A program made the position numbers and the translations under genes. From sequence record SRR20825019_871: DNA of 39,176 nucleotides; one strand, written 5' to 3'. Positions 29,861 to 38,177 of the stretch are shown in pieces. Within the stretch, counting starts at the first letter, position 1. Every line of letters begins with the position of its first letter. Below the pieces are notes generated by a model. It was not told where the DNA came from and ran no database searches. It saw nothing but the letters and a program-made list of their open reading frames with translations.

Positions 29861-29911
29861 TAAAACACAACGCGGACAGTGGGAATGGTTACGTAAAGTG
29901 TTTTTCAGATA

Positions 29912-30583
29912 TCATCCGCTCCATTTTCTTAAAATAGAGGAAATGTCTTGTTTTACATTTGATCGGATTGCCCGCTTTGTTTGTCCAGTACCAAATTGAC
30001 TATCATAGTTCGTTTCTGAGTGTCGAATGTGCGCCTCTACGGCCAAATCAATCATCGTTTTATCGAATTCCTTTGCTTTCGCGGTTCTTCCCACACGTCC
30101 ACTGTATTTTTCGCATGCATGAGTTGCAATGGCGATTTCTCTGTTTTTCGGACAATTGGGGTATAACGCCCTAATTGCTTTTGAAAACTCCGCAATGTAT
30201 ATTTTGTCTTGCTCTACCCGAACGATAGCCGCTTTTTCATTTTTGAGGGCTCTTTCTTTTTCGTCATTCGCACATTCTTCCTCTGCCTTAGTGATTGCTT
30301 CAGCTTCAACGTACTGTCCTCTTCTTTCGAAACGTTTTCGTCTTTGATTCCAAGCGAATACTACGCCGCAATAGCTCGAGTGTTTTTTGGAACGCCGCGT
30401 TAATGCCGCATTTCCAGGTTTGAGGAAGGCTGCGTTTATAAATGGCGAGCAGGCGAAACAGGTTCCTCTGTGCTTCTCCGTTTCCGCAACATACGCGTGA
30501 CCGACACCAATTCGCTTATTGCATTTGGAACATACTAGGGTTTCCTTTTTTGTTAAATAGATGTTTTGGACTAAGGTGCTCAT
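29912..30583 (-). CDS. DUF2293 domain protein with N-terminal CxxC pairs
   Basis: YSGRVGRT and LAVEAHIRHSETNYD motifs; CSKC and CFAC. Confidence 0.8.
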   Translation of the reverse strand: MSTLVQNIYLTKKETLVCSKCNKRIGVGHAYVAETEKHRGTCFACSPFINAAFLKPGNAALTRRSKKHSSYCGVVFAWNQRRKRFERRGQYVEAEAITKAEEECANDEKERALKNEKAAIVRVEQDKIYIAEFSKAIRALYPNCPKNREIAIATHACEKYSGRVGRTAKAKEFDKTMIDLAVEAHIRHSETNYDSQFGTGQTKRAIRSNVKQDISSILRKWSG

Positions 30584-30611
30584 TTACGTGATATATAATC
30601 TAATTATTCTT

Positions 30612-30652
30612 GACGGTTGGACGGTTGTTTTGAGGTACAAATAGGGTACAAA
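30612..30652. repeat. Short tandem direct repeats at the islet's left edge
   Basis: GACGGTTG twice (30612, 30620) and GGTACAAA twice (30634, 30645). Confidence 0.5.
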
Positions 30653-30735
30653 AAATTGATTTTTATACAATAACTATAGCAAAGAAAACAGATAGTAAAG
30701 ATTAGTCAAAAGTATGAAAAAAAGTGAATCGGCTG

Positions 30736-30743
30736 TATCTTTG
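30736..30743 (+). promoter_or_regulatory. -7 promoter box for the nuclease-AbiV pair
   Basis: TATCTTTG, which supports a start at ATG 30772 rather than GTG 30724. Confidence 0.6.
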
Positions 30744-30771
30744 TTTTGTAACGTTATCAGAATCTATAACC

Positions 30772-31584
30772 ATGAATCAAAATACTGCTTATGAAGTCTT
30801 TATACGAGACATTTACCAACAAATCTTAACGCAAGATGAGGTTGAAACCGTTGAAGTAAAACACAACCAGAAAATTGAAGGTAAATCGGGAGCAACTCAC
30901 CAAGTTGATGTCTATTGGCAGTTCAAACAGTTTGGTGAAATTGTATCAATAGCGATAGAATGCAAACGATATTCTCAGAATATTAACATTGGAATAACCC
31001 GAAACTTCAAGGCAGTTCTTGACGATTTAAGTTGTTCTAAGGGAATTATTGTAACAACAAACGGATTTCAAAGTGGTGCAATAAAATTTGCAGGAAGTAA
31101 TAATATTGGACTTAAAGTTATCAGACCTCCAAAAGAAGAAGATTTAAAAGGTATTCCTAAATACTTAAAAATTAATGCAATAATAACTCCAAGAAAGATA
31201 AATTGCTTCAATATGCTTCTGGATAAAGATTGGTGTTTAGCGAATGTTATGGGAATGAATGAAGATTTTTCGGATTCACTAAACAAACTCAATACTGAAA
31301 TAATCTTGGTTGATAGAAATGGTCAAAAAATAGATGACATGTTAGATTTAGAAAACAAACTTCCTGTTCCGAATGAATTAATTCCAAGTAAGGGTAACAA
31401 GCATACATTCGAGTTTGAAGATGCCTATATTTTACACCCCAAATACCACCTAATCAAAGTGTCTGAGATTCACTTTAATTATGACATTCAATGTTTCGAA
31501 AACAAACAAGCCTTTGACATTCATTCCGACATCAAAGCCGTAATTTATGATATTATTAGCGGTGAGAAGCCTAAATTTATTTGA
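30772..31584 (+). CDS. Mrr-like PD-(D/E)xK restriction endonuclease domain protein
   Basis: YE...GKSGATHQVDV...IAIECKRY...KGIIVTTNGFQSGAIKFA, followed by an unrecognised C-terminal half. Confidence 0.8.
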   Translation: MNQNTAYEVFIRDIYQQILTQDEVETVEVKHNQKIEGKSGATHQVDVYWQFKQFGEIVSIAIECKRYSQNINIGITRNFKAVLDDLSCSKGIIVTTNGFQSGAIKFAGSNNIGLKVIRPPKEEDLKGIPKYLKINAIITPRKINCFNMLLDKDWCLANVMGMNEDFSDSLNKLNTEIILVDRNGQKIDDMLDLENKLPVPNELIPSKGNKHTFEFEDAYILHPKYHLIKVSEIHFNYDIQCFENKQAFDIHSDIKAVIYDIISGEKPKFI

Positions 31585-31598
31585 TAATACCACATACT

Positions 31599-32297
31599 AT
31601 GACGAACGCGACGCCTAAACAAAAGAACCCATTACTTAACTTAAATAAAAATCAGTATAAAGAAGGTGCTGACTTGGCACTAGAAAATGCCGAAAACCTG
31701 CTTGACATTGCACGGCTTTCTGCTGAAAAAGGTTATTCAGGGAATGGGGCTGCTATTCTTATTACTTCTCTCGAAGAACTTGCAAAAGCCGCTATTGTGA
31801 AACTAAAAGCACATGAACCGAGACTTCACATCCAAGACTTTGAAAAAATCTTCTTTGATCATCCAACAAAACATAAGTTTGGTGTGCTTTTTTATACTAG
31901 GGAAATAACCAAGACTATTAGTTCTTTACCTACCAAGTATCAAAACGGGGCTGTGTTAGGGCTATTAGTAATTGCTGGGTTTATAGTCTATTTTTCCACT
32001 ATCTCTGATACTACTACCGAACTTGAAGCTAATAGGAAACGTGGGTTTTATGTTGGTTTTGATAATGAGAAAGAATCTTGGTTAGCCCCGAAACAACTTG
32101 TTTCCTTAGAAGGACTTAAAACATACATTCAAATTGTTGAGGGTGTTTTTGATAATGTGAAAAAAGACCTATTTATGAAGCCCCTTTCATCTACTCACCT
32201 AAAAAAGTACATCGATGAATTGGGTGATAGTAACATTCATTTTAAAAAGAATTTCACCTTTCCATCATTCCATTCGGATGAAAGTAGTTCAGTATAA
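31599..32297 (+). CDS. AbiV-like (HEPN) abortive infection protein
   Basis: ALENAENLLDIA, SLEELAKA, DHPTKH and RKRGFYV match the AbiV pattern; internal hydrophobic helix. Confidence 0.72.
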   Translation: MTNATPKQKNPLLNLNKNQYKEGADLALENAENLLDIARLSAEKGYSGNGAAILITSLEELAKAAIVKLKAHEPRLHIQDFEKIFFDHPTKHKFGVLFYTREITKTISSLPTKYQNGAVLGLLVIAGFIVYFSTISDTTTELEANRKRGFYVGFDNEKESWLAPKQLVSLEGLKTYIQIVEGVFDNVKKDLFMKPLSSTHLKKYIDELGDSNIHFKKNFTFPSFHSDESSSV

Positions 32298-32307
32298 AAT
32301 TCACACC

Positions 32308-32390
32308 ATGAACATTCAGCTAAAAGAAGAAGAAAAAATCAAAGTACTGAATAAAGACGACCTAGACTCTATGTGATGCAATTTGTTTCT
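32308..32390 (+). pseudogene. Truncated N-terminus of a RadC/JAB-like gene
   Basis: MNIQLKEEEKIKVLNKDDL, then stop at 32374-32376. A shifted frame gives LYVMQ. Resembles the Bacteroidota RadC-like N-terminus as recalled from memory. Confidence 0.5.
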
Positions 32391-32402
32391 TGTCCATTGC
32401 TC

Positions 32403-32431
32403 AAGTAAATTGGATGCTTTCTAATTTACTT
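32403..32431. repeat. Inverted repeat overlapping the mnmE stop codon
   Basis: AAGTAAATTGGA-tgctt-TCTAATTTACTT, 11 of 12 positions complementary. Confidence 0.6.
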
Positions 32432-33898
32432 CCCAATACAAAACTTGCTAAAGATATTCCCCAACAAGTCATCCGTAGAAATATCACCGGTGATGCTCCC
32501 CAAATGATACATCGCCTGACGAATATCCATCGCGATAAAGTCACCAGTAATGCCTGTTTCCAATCCGTGTAACGCTTTTTCCAGCGCATCTTTTGTTTCC
32601 AAAAGTTCCGCATGGTGGCGCGCATTAGAGACGATTGTTTCATTCGCCATATCGAAATCACCCAAAACGGCTTCGGTAAGTGCATTTTTAAGAACGTCTA
32701 TGTTTTCACCTAGTTTGGCGCTGATTGCAATTGTTTTAACTTCTTTGATTCCTTCGACTTCGACAGGCTCAGCCTTAGGAAAGACTTCCACAAGCTCAGC
32801 CTTCGGAGAGACTTCGACAGATTCGGCTTTTAGAGAAGCTTCAACAGACTCTGTTTTTGTGGAGTGTAGCGTTAAATCCGCTTTATTTAATATATGAAGA
32901 ATGCGTTTATGTGGATGTTTTTCCGAGAGTTCACTTACCCAATCGGTGACTTCTTTCACACTTTCCGAGTTTGCTCCATCTGATAAACACAAAACAATTT
33001 TTGCCTGCTCAATTTTTTCCTTCGAACGCACAATTCCCATCGCCTCGATTTCCTCCGCACCTTCTCTAATTCCAGCCGTGTCAATGAGTCGGAAGATCAC
33101 ACCGTTGATGTTGAGCGTTTCTTCGATAACATCGCGCGTTGTTCCTGCGATATCACTGACGATGGCACGATCATCACCCAATAATTGGTTGAGCAAAGTG
33201 CTTTTTCCCGTGTTCGGTGCACCGACAATTGCCACTGGGACACCATTTTTTATTGCATTTCCAAGTTCAAAGGAATCGGCCAAGCGAGAGATGTAAGCAA
33301 GCACATTTGTCACCAACGTTTTTAATTCTGTTCGATCAGCAAATTCTACATCTTCTTCTGCAAAATCAAGTTCCAATTCCACTAAGGAAGCGAAGTGAAT
33401 GAGTTGCTCGCGAAGGTCTTTTAATTCTGATGAAAACCCACCACGCAATTGTTTCAGGGCAATATCATGCGCATTCCGCGATTGTGAAGCGATCAAATCT
33501 GCTACAGCTTCCGCTTGCGATAAGTCGAGTTTTCCGTTCAAAAAAGCACGTTGTGTATATTCCCCAGGATTAGCCAATCGACAACCGACTTTTCGAAGTG
33601 CCGCAATAATTTGTTGTTGAATGTAGGGCGAACCATGGCACGAAATCTCCGCGCTCTCTTCACCAGTAAAACTCTTTCCCTGGGCAAAAATGGTCACCAG
33701 AACTTCATCAATCAGTGTTCCGTCTTCAGTTGAAATTGTTCCGAAATGAGTCGTATGTGACGCTTTTTCCGCTAAATTCTTTGAAAAAATGCGAGAAACA
33801 AGCTTCCAGCACTCTTTTCCAGAAACGCGAATCACACTTATTGCTCCCACACCATTTGCTGTTGCCAGCGCACAAATACACTCTTGATTTCCAATCAT
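32426..33898 (-). CDS. mnmE: tRNA modification GTPase MnmE/TrmE with a repeat-derived insertion
   Basis: GAPNTGKS, GTTRD, DTAG, NKAD, ISAK and the C-terminal FCIGK. Confidence 0.98.
   Translation of the reverse strand: MIGNQECICALATANGVGAISVIRVSGKECWKLVSRIFSKNLAEKASHTTHFGTISTEDGTLIDEVLVTIFAQGKSFTGEESAEISCHGSPYIQQQIIAALRKVGCRLANPGEYTQRAFLNGKLDLSQAEAVADLIASQSRNAHDIALKQLRGGFSSELKDLREQLIHFASLVELELDFAEEDVEFADRTELKTLVTNVLAYISRLADSFELGNAIKNGVPVAIVGAPNTGKSTLLNQLLGDDRAIVSDIAGTTRDVIEETLNINGVIFRLIDTAGIREGAEEIEAMGIVRSKEKIEQAKIVLCLSDGANSESVKEVTDWVSELSEKHPHKRILHILNKADLTLHSTKTESVEASLKAESVEVSPKAELVEVFPKAEPVEVEGIKEVKTIAISAKLGENIDVLKNALTEAVLGDFDMANETIVSNARHHAELLETKDALEKALHGLETGITGDFIAMDIRQAMYHLGSITGDISTDDLLGNIFSKFCIGK
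32756..32863. repeat. Four tandem 27-bp REP-derived units in frame within mnmE
   Basis: gacTTCGACAGGCTCAgccttaggaaa / gacttccacaagctcagccttcggaga / gacttcgacagattcggcttttagaga / agcttcaacagactctgtttttgtgga. Confidence 0.88.
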
Positions 33899-33903
33899 TG
33901 GTG

Positions 33904-33911
33904 CAAAATTA
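33904..33911 (-). promoter_or_regulatory. -7 promoter box, 5 nt upstream of the mnmE ATG
   Basis: The minus strand reads TAATTTTG-cacca-ATG. Confidence 0.65.
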
Positions 33912-33958
33912 CAAAGAAGGAAGTTATGTTGGGCGTTTGAGAGGTGTTTCTATTGCAT

Positions 33959-34173
33959 AAGTGGACTTCGCGAGCCTCAGTCTACTTATGGTTTTTTTTA
34001 ATCCAATGTTCGTTGGCTTCGACTCCGCTCAGCCAACTTATGGTTGTTTTTTGTTCTAAGTCGTGGTCAGCCAACTTATGGTTGTTTTTAAGTTCTATAG
34101 TCTTGGTCTTCGAGAGCCTCAGTCCAAGCGCAGTATTTTCAGCCGTGGGCTGTGTGTAGTCGAAGCCCACGGC
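33959..34173. repeat. Second cluster of REP-like stem-loops
   Basis: Copies at 33961-33985, 34012-34037 and 34102-34128, an inverted copy at 34142-34173, and an exact 23-bp duplication at 34029-34051 and 34067-34089. Confidence 0.85.
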
Positions 34174-34186
34174 GACGTAATTAAAC

Positions 34187-34651
34187 CTAATTCATAAATA
34201 CAATATAAGCATTGAGCGACGTAGCGATAACCAACCAAACAAAATAGGGAACTAGCAAAAAGCCATAACCTTTGAATTTCTTGAAGCCATAAGTCATCCA
34301 GAAAAAGAGAAGTACGGTAAGTGCAGAAATAATTACCAATGCCAACGTGGTATGATGCCAAGCAAAAAACACAGGGTTCCAACATACATTCAGGACAAAT
34401 TGAAGCGAGAAGACATTAATCAATGACATCAAACTTCCTTTTTGATCTGAGGCCGATGCTCTCCAAAGGAAAAAAGAAAAACAGACCATAATGGTAGACC
34501 ATGCGGCACCAAAAACCCATCCCGGAGGAGTCCAAGGGGCTTGATTAAGAGATTGATACCATTCGTTGTCGGCTGGAGAACCACCCATAAAAAGCGAACC
34601 AAGTGCCAAGGCTCCAAAGTTAAGAATGAGAAAAAAAAGTAGTCTAATCAT
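34187..34651 (-). CDS. tspO: TspO/MBR family protein
   Basis: WYQSLNQAPWTPPGWVFGAAW, QFVLNVCWNPVFF and PYFVWL-x-x-ATSLN motifs. Confidence 0.92.
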   Translation of the reverse strand: MIRLLFFLILNFGALALGSLFMGGSPADNEWYQSLNQAPWTPPGWVFGAAWSTIMVCFSFFLWRASASDQKGSLMSLINVFSLQFVLNVCWNPVFFAWHHTTLALVIISALTVLLFFWMTYGFKKFKGYGFLLVPYFVWLVIATSLNAYIVFMN

Positions 34652-34967
34652 ATCGGTATCTTATTGCGTTGCATTCAACTTGTATAGCAAAGTCAAGTCA
34701 CGGGTTTGTGGATATATAATCTAGAAATATAATTGTTTTTCCGCAAGGTTAAATCATTTTATCTCAGTTAAATATGGATTTTGGAAGATTAGCTCAGTTG
34801 TGCTTAATTCAAAGGGAGAGTCAAATTTTAGAGTTCTAGACTAGTCAATGCAGTTAACACTTTGAAAATTGGATTTTTAATGATACGTTTACTACTAATC
34901 GTTAATCACTGTTATATCGGTAGTTGAGAATTTCGTGAACTTTTTTGTGTGGAAAGAGTCTTTAATT

Positions 34968-35111
34968 CGTCTTACTTAGAATAAAATTAACTCCCCAGAA
35001 CATTCCATTCCATTTAATTAATGGGATTTTATATAGATTTTAATGATGCGTTAGTAAGCTACTGGTTAGTAGTTTTAGGTGAAGTGCTCTTCTTAGGAAG
35101 GGCACTTTGTT
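34968..35111 (+). ncRNA. Candidate intergenic small RNA (boundaries approximate)
   Basis: A sigmaE-like GAACTT-N16-TCT at 34937-34961 and an orphan terminator-like hairpin at 35082-35111, with no convincing ORF between them. Confidence 0.3.
35082..35111 (+). terminator. Orphan terminator-like hairpin
   Basis: AAGTGCTCTTC-ttag-GAAGGGCACTT followed by TGTTGTT. Confidence 0.55.
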
Positions 35112-35148
35112 GTTAAGGTCATTTCTCGCTGATTCGGCATTATTGTAC

Positions 35149-35156
35149 TATCTTTG
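35149..35156 (+). promoter_or_regulatory. -7 promoter box for the hybrid sensor
   Basis: TATCTTTG, which supports a start at ATG 35176. Confidence 0.6.
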
Positions 35157-35175
35157 GTTGACGCCTCAATTGCTT

Positions 35176-38085
35176 ATGAACTGGAAAATTTTTTCATTTC
35201 TTCTTTTGTTTTTTTCATCAGGTTATGCCCAAGATGGAAAAATCGACTCGCTTACGAAAGTCCTTCAAAAAGTTAAAAAAGAAGACCAAAAAATGGACGT
35301 TCTTCTTGAGCTGTCGGAATTGGTAGACTATAATGAGAATTTATCGTACAAAAAAGAAGCATTGGCTCTCAGTGAGAGAAATGGCGTTACTGCGCGGACT
35401 GAGCAGATATCATTTGATATCTCTAATATGCTTCACGACGCATATCAATACGAAGAAAACCTTGAGTTTTGTTTACTCTATTTTAAGAAATTTAAGAAAG
35501 CGAATCTAGGATTTGGCAGGGTGAATATGGCGTTTCATTTAGCTGTGTCCTATAAAATGGTTGGTAAACAAGATTCGATGTTCTATTATTCTGCGGATGG
35601 AATACTGAATGCGAATGAAAATAATGAGAGAGAAAAACAGCTCAAGTCTCAAATCCTAAGAAATCGAGGTTATGAGTACCTGAGACAATCAAAATACATT
35701 AAGGCGATCCAAGACCTAGAGCATGCGCTCACATTATTGGGAGAAAAAAACTACTCTAACAGAGCGGCTGTTAGGATGGTTTTGTTCGATATCTATTTTG
35801 ATTTGGACGATAGAGAAAAGGCATTTGCCGAGTTAGAGTTAGCGGCTAAAGCAGCAAAGCATTCGCGTTATGAGATGTTGGCCAATACCTATTATTACTA
35901 CGCCGTTTATTTTTTGGAGGAGAACCCGAAAAAATCGCTCGAATATGCCTTGAAAGGCTTGCGGATGTATGAGGACCACAAACAGGCTTATGGGGTGTTG
36001 TTTATGAAAAATGTTTTGGCTGAAATCTACTTTGAATTGGGCGATTTGGATCAGGCCGAGAAAACAAACTTATTTATTGTGGAAGGAGCCAGCGAACTCA
36101 ATGTGGAAGAGAATGGCGCGGTGGCAATGGTCAACCTTGGACATATTGCACTAGAAAGAGAGAATTTTCCATTGGCATTGAGCTACTGTGAGCAAGGATG
36201 GTCATTTTTCGAGAAAGGGTCATCATTCCCTGAGAAAAAGAAAGTGTGTGAATGTTTATACAAAGCGCATAAAGCATTGCATAATAACAAAGAAGCACTT
36301 GTATTCCATGAGAAAATGGTAACCTTTGATGATAGCCTTCGAAATGAAAATGCAGTAAGAGAAATCTATCGAACTCAAAAGAACATCGAAGTTGAAAAGC
36401 AAAAAAATGCATTTAAAACGGCGGAACTAGAAAAAGAACTAGAAACCTCAAAAAAGATAAAAGGACAACAGTGGATAATAGGAGGAATAACGATTCTTGC
36501 ATGCATTATTCTGTTTATACTCTTTCTTTACTATAGGAGCTCGCAAACGAAAAAGAAAGCGGCCGAAATTGTGCTTAAAGAAAAACTTTACCTGGACAAC
36601 CTGCTTCACAATATGGTGCACGAGTTTAGAACACCCCTCACATTAATTAAAGGTCCAACTGAGGAGCTGCTTAAAACCGACGAAGACAACGAACTCCTTC
36701 AAATGGTCAACAAAAATGGTGATCGACTGCTGAGTTTAGTGAATCAGGTATTGGATTATGCCAAAATTAAGTCTGGAAAATGGAAAGTTGTAAATGAAAT
36801 GACTCACTTCGATTCCTTTATTGCAGATACCATTGAGCTCTTTCATCCACTGGCAATGCAAGAGGACATTGTAATTGTCAATAATTCTAGCGTAAATTCA
36901 ACATTGAACGTTGACAATGATAAATTATTCAAAATCATTTCAAACCTTCTGTCAAATGCAATTAAGTACTCAAGCGAAGGAACTGAAATTAAGGTGTCAT
37001 CAAAGTTAAATGGCAAACAACTCATACTGGTTATTCGTGATCAAGGAATTGGGATTGATCCTAAAGATCAAAAAAAGGTGTTCACGAAATTTTATCAGGT
37101 AGATTCTTCCCTTACCAGAAAATCGGAGGGTACAGGAATTGGATTGGCATTTACTCAAGAACTCGTTCACCTCATGGGCGGAAGCATTGTGCTTACCAGC
37201 GGATTGAAAAAAGGAACTGAGATCACGGTTTCACTCCCCGTTGAAGTACTTTCAGTTGACGAAAAGCCATTGAATAAACCAACAGTCAGTTCTCCTATTT
37301 TGAAAACTGTGGAAAGAGTAGAAGAAGTGGACGAGGAGGATAAGAAATCAATCCTAGTAATAGAGGACAACTCTGACCTAAGAAGCTTTTTAACCCATCT
37401 TCTGACAAAGCAGAATTACCATGTAATTTTAGCAAACAACGGTGAAGAGGGAGTAGTAAAAGCCATAGAAATGATTCCAGATCTGATCATTTCTGATGTA
37501 ATGATGCCAAAAAAGGACGGATATCAAGTAGTTCAAGAATTAAAGACGAATCCCATAACGGAGCATATTCCAATCGTGATCTTAACCGCGAAGGCATCTT
37601 TCGACAGCATGATTATTGGACTCGACAATGGTGCAGATGATTATCTCTCCAAGCCTTTTAAATCAAAAGAACTCCTTCTCCGAATTGGAAATCAGATGGA
37701 ACGTCAGGAGAAAATGAGACTCAGGTATCAAGGACAGTCGAATGATTCCGAATTGGAAGCAGTGAAACACCCATTTATCGTTGAGATTGAAAAAAGAGTA
37801 GGGGACGATTTTACGCTTCAATTTTCAGTAGAAGAGCTAGCAGAAAAATGTGCGCTCAGCAGATCTCAGTTACATCGAAAGGTAAAATCAATTACAGGGC
37901 TTTCGGCTTCAGGGTTGTTGACCAAAATTAGAATGGAGCACGCTATTCAAGACCTCAAAACAACTGATTTAAACATCTCAGAGATCTCCTATAATTATGG
38001 TTATAGCGATCCCGCCAATTTTTCTCGAATTTTCAAAAAGCAATTTGGGAAAACACCTTCGGAGATCAGGGGTGGCGCGGTTTAA
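35176..38085 (+). CDS. Hybrid two-component regulator (TPR sensor, TM, His kinase, receiver, AraC HTH)
   Basis: Signal peptide, TPR-like helices, TM WIIGGITILAC, H-box HEFRTPL, NLLSNAIKY, GTGIGLA, receiver SDVMMP and an AraC C-terminus. Confidence 0.93.
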   Translation: MNWKIFSFLLLFFSSGYAQDGKIDSLTKVLQKVKKEDQKMDVLLELSELVDYNENLSYKKEALALSERNGVTARTEQISFDISNMLHDAYQYEENLEFCLLYFKKFKKANLGFGRVNMAFHLAVSYKMVGKQDSMFYYSADGILNANENNEREKQLKSQILRNRGYEYLRQSKYIKAIQDLEHALTLLGEKNYSNRAAVRMVLFDIYFDLDDREKAFAELELAAKAAKHSRYEMLANTYYYYAVYFLEENPKKSLEYALKGLRMYEDHKQAYGVLFMKNVLAEIYFELGDLDQAEKTNLFIVEGASELNVEENGAVAMVNLGHIALERENFPLALSYCEQGWSFFEKGSSFPEKKKVCECLYKAHKALHNNKEALVFHEKMVTFDDSLRNENAVREIYRTQKNIEVEKQKNAFKTAELEKELETSKKIKGQQWIIGGITILACIILFILFLYYRSSQTKKKAAEIVLKEKLYLDNLLHNMVHEFRTPLTLIKGPTEELLKTDEDNELLQMVNKNGDRLLSLVNQVLDYAKIKSGKWKVVNEMTHFDSFIADTIELFHPLAMQEDIVIVNNSSVNSTLNVDNDKLFKIISNLLSNAIKYSSEGTEIKVSSKLNGKQLILVIRDQGIGIDPKDQKKVFTKFYQVDSSLTRKSEGTGIGLAFTQELVHLMGGSIVLTSGLKKGTEITVSLPVEVLSVDEKPLNKPTVSSPILKTVERVEEVDEEDKKSILVIEDNSDLRSFLTHLLTKQNYHVILANNGEEGVVKAIEMIPDLIISDVMMPKKDGYQVVQELKTNPITEHIPIVILTAKASFDSMIIGLDNGADDYLSKPFKSKELLLRIGNQMERQEKMRLRYQGQSNDSELEAVKHPFIVEIEKRVGDDFTLQFSVEELAEKCALSRSQLHRKVKSITGLSASGLLTKIRMEHAIQDLKTTDLNISEISYNYGYSDPANFSRIFKKQFGKTPSEIRGGAV

Positions 38086-38090
38086 TCTGA

Positions 38091-38120
38091 TTTGCAACAA
38101 TGAAACAGAGTTTTGCAACA
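38091..38120 (+). promoter_or_regulatory. Direct-repeat operator, candidate AraC site
   Basis: TTTGCAACA at 38091 and 38112 (21-bp period), with TGAAACA between them. Confidence 0.6.
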
Positions 38121-38150
38121 TAGTAACTAGTGACAAAATTAGGGTTCCAA

Positions 38151-38158
38151 TACATTTG
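38151..38158 (+). promoter_or_regulatory. -7 promoter box
   Basis: TACATTTG, 19 nt upstream of ATG 38178. Confidence 0.65.
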
Positions 38159-38177
38159 TTTATACAAAACTATTAGT

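Noticed and set aside
34018-34031. Hammerhead-like look of CTGA...CGAA in the repeat core (minus strand)
   Set aside because: It lacks the full CUGANGA and GAAA core and the three-stem junction.
33944-34170. Short ORFs over the repeat cluster, or a CRISPR-like array
   Set aside because: They derive from REP-like copies with irregular spacing and mixed orientation.
34783-34800. tRNA-like 5' fragment GGAAGATTAGCTCAGTTG
   Set aside because: No anticodon arm, T-arm (GTTC) or matching acceptor stem follows at the expected positions.
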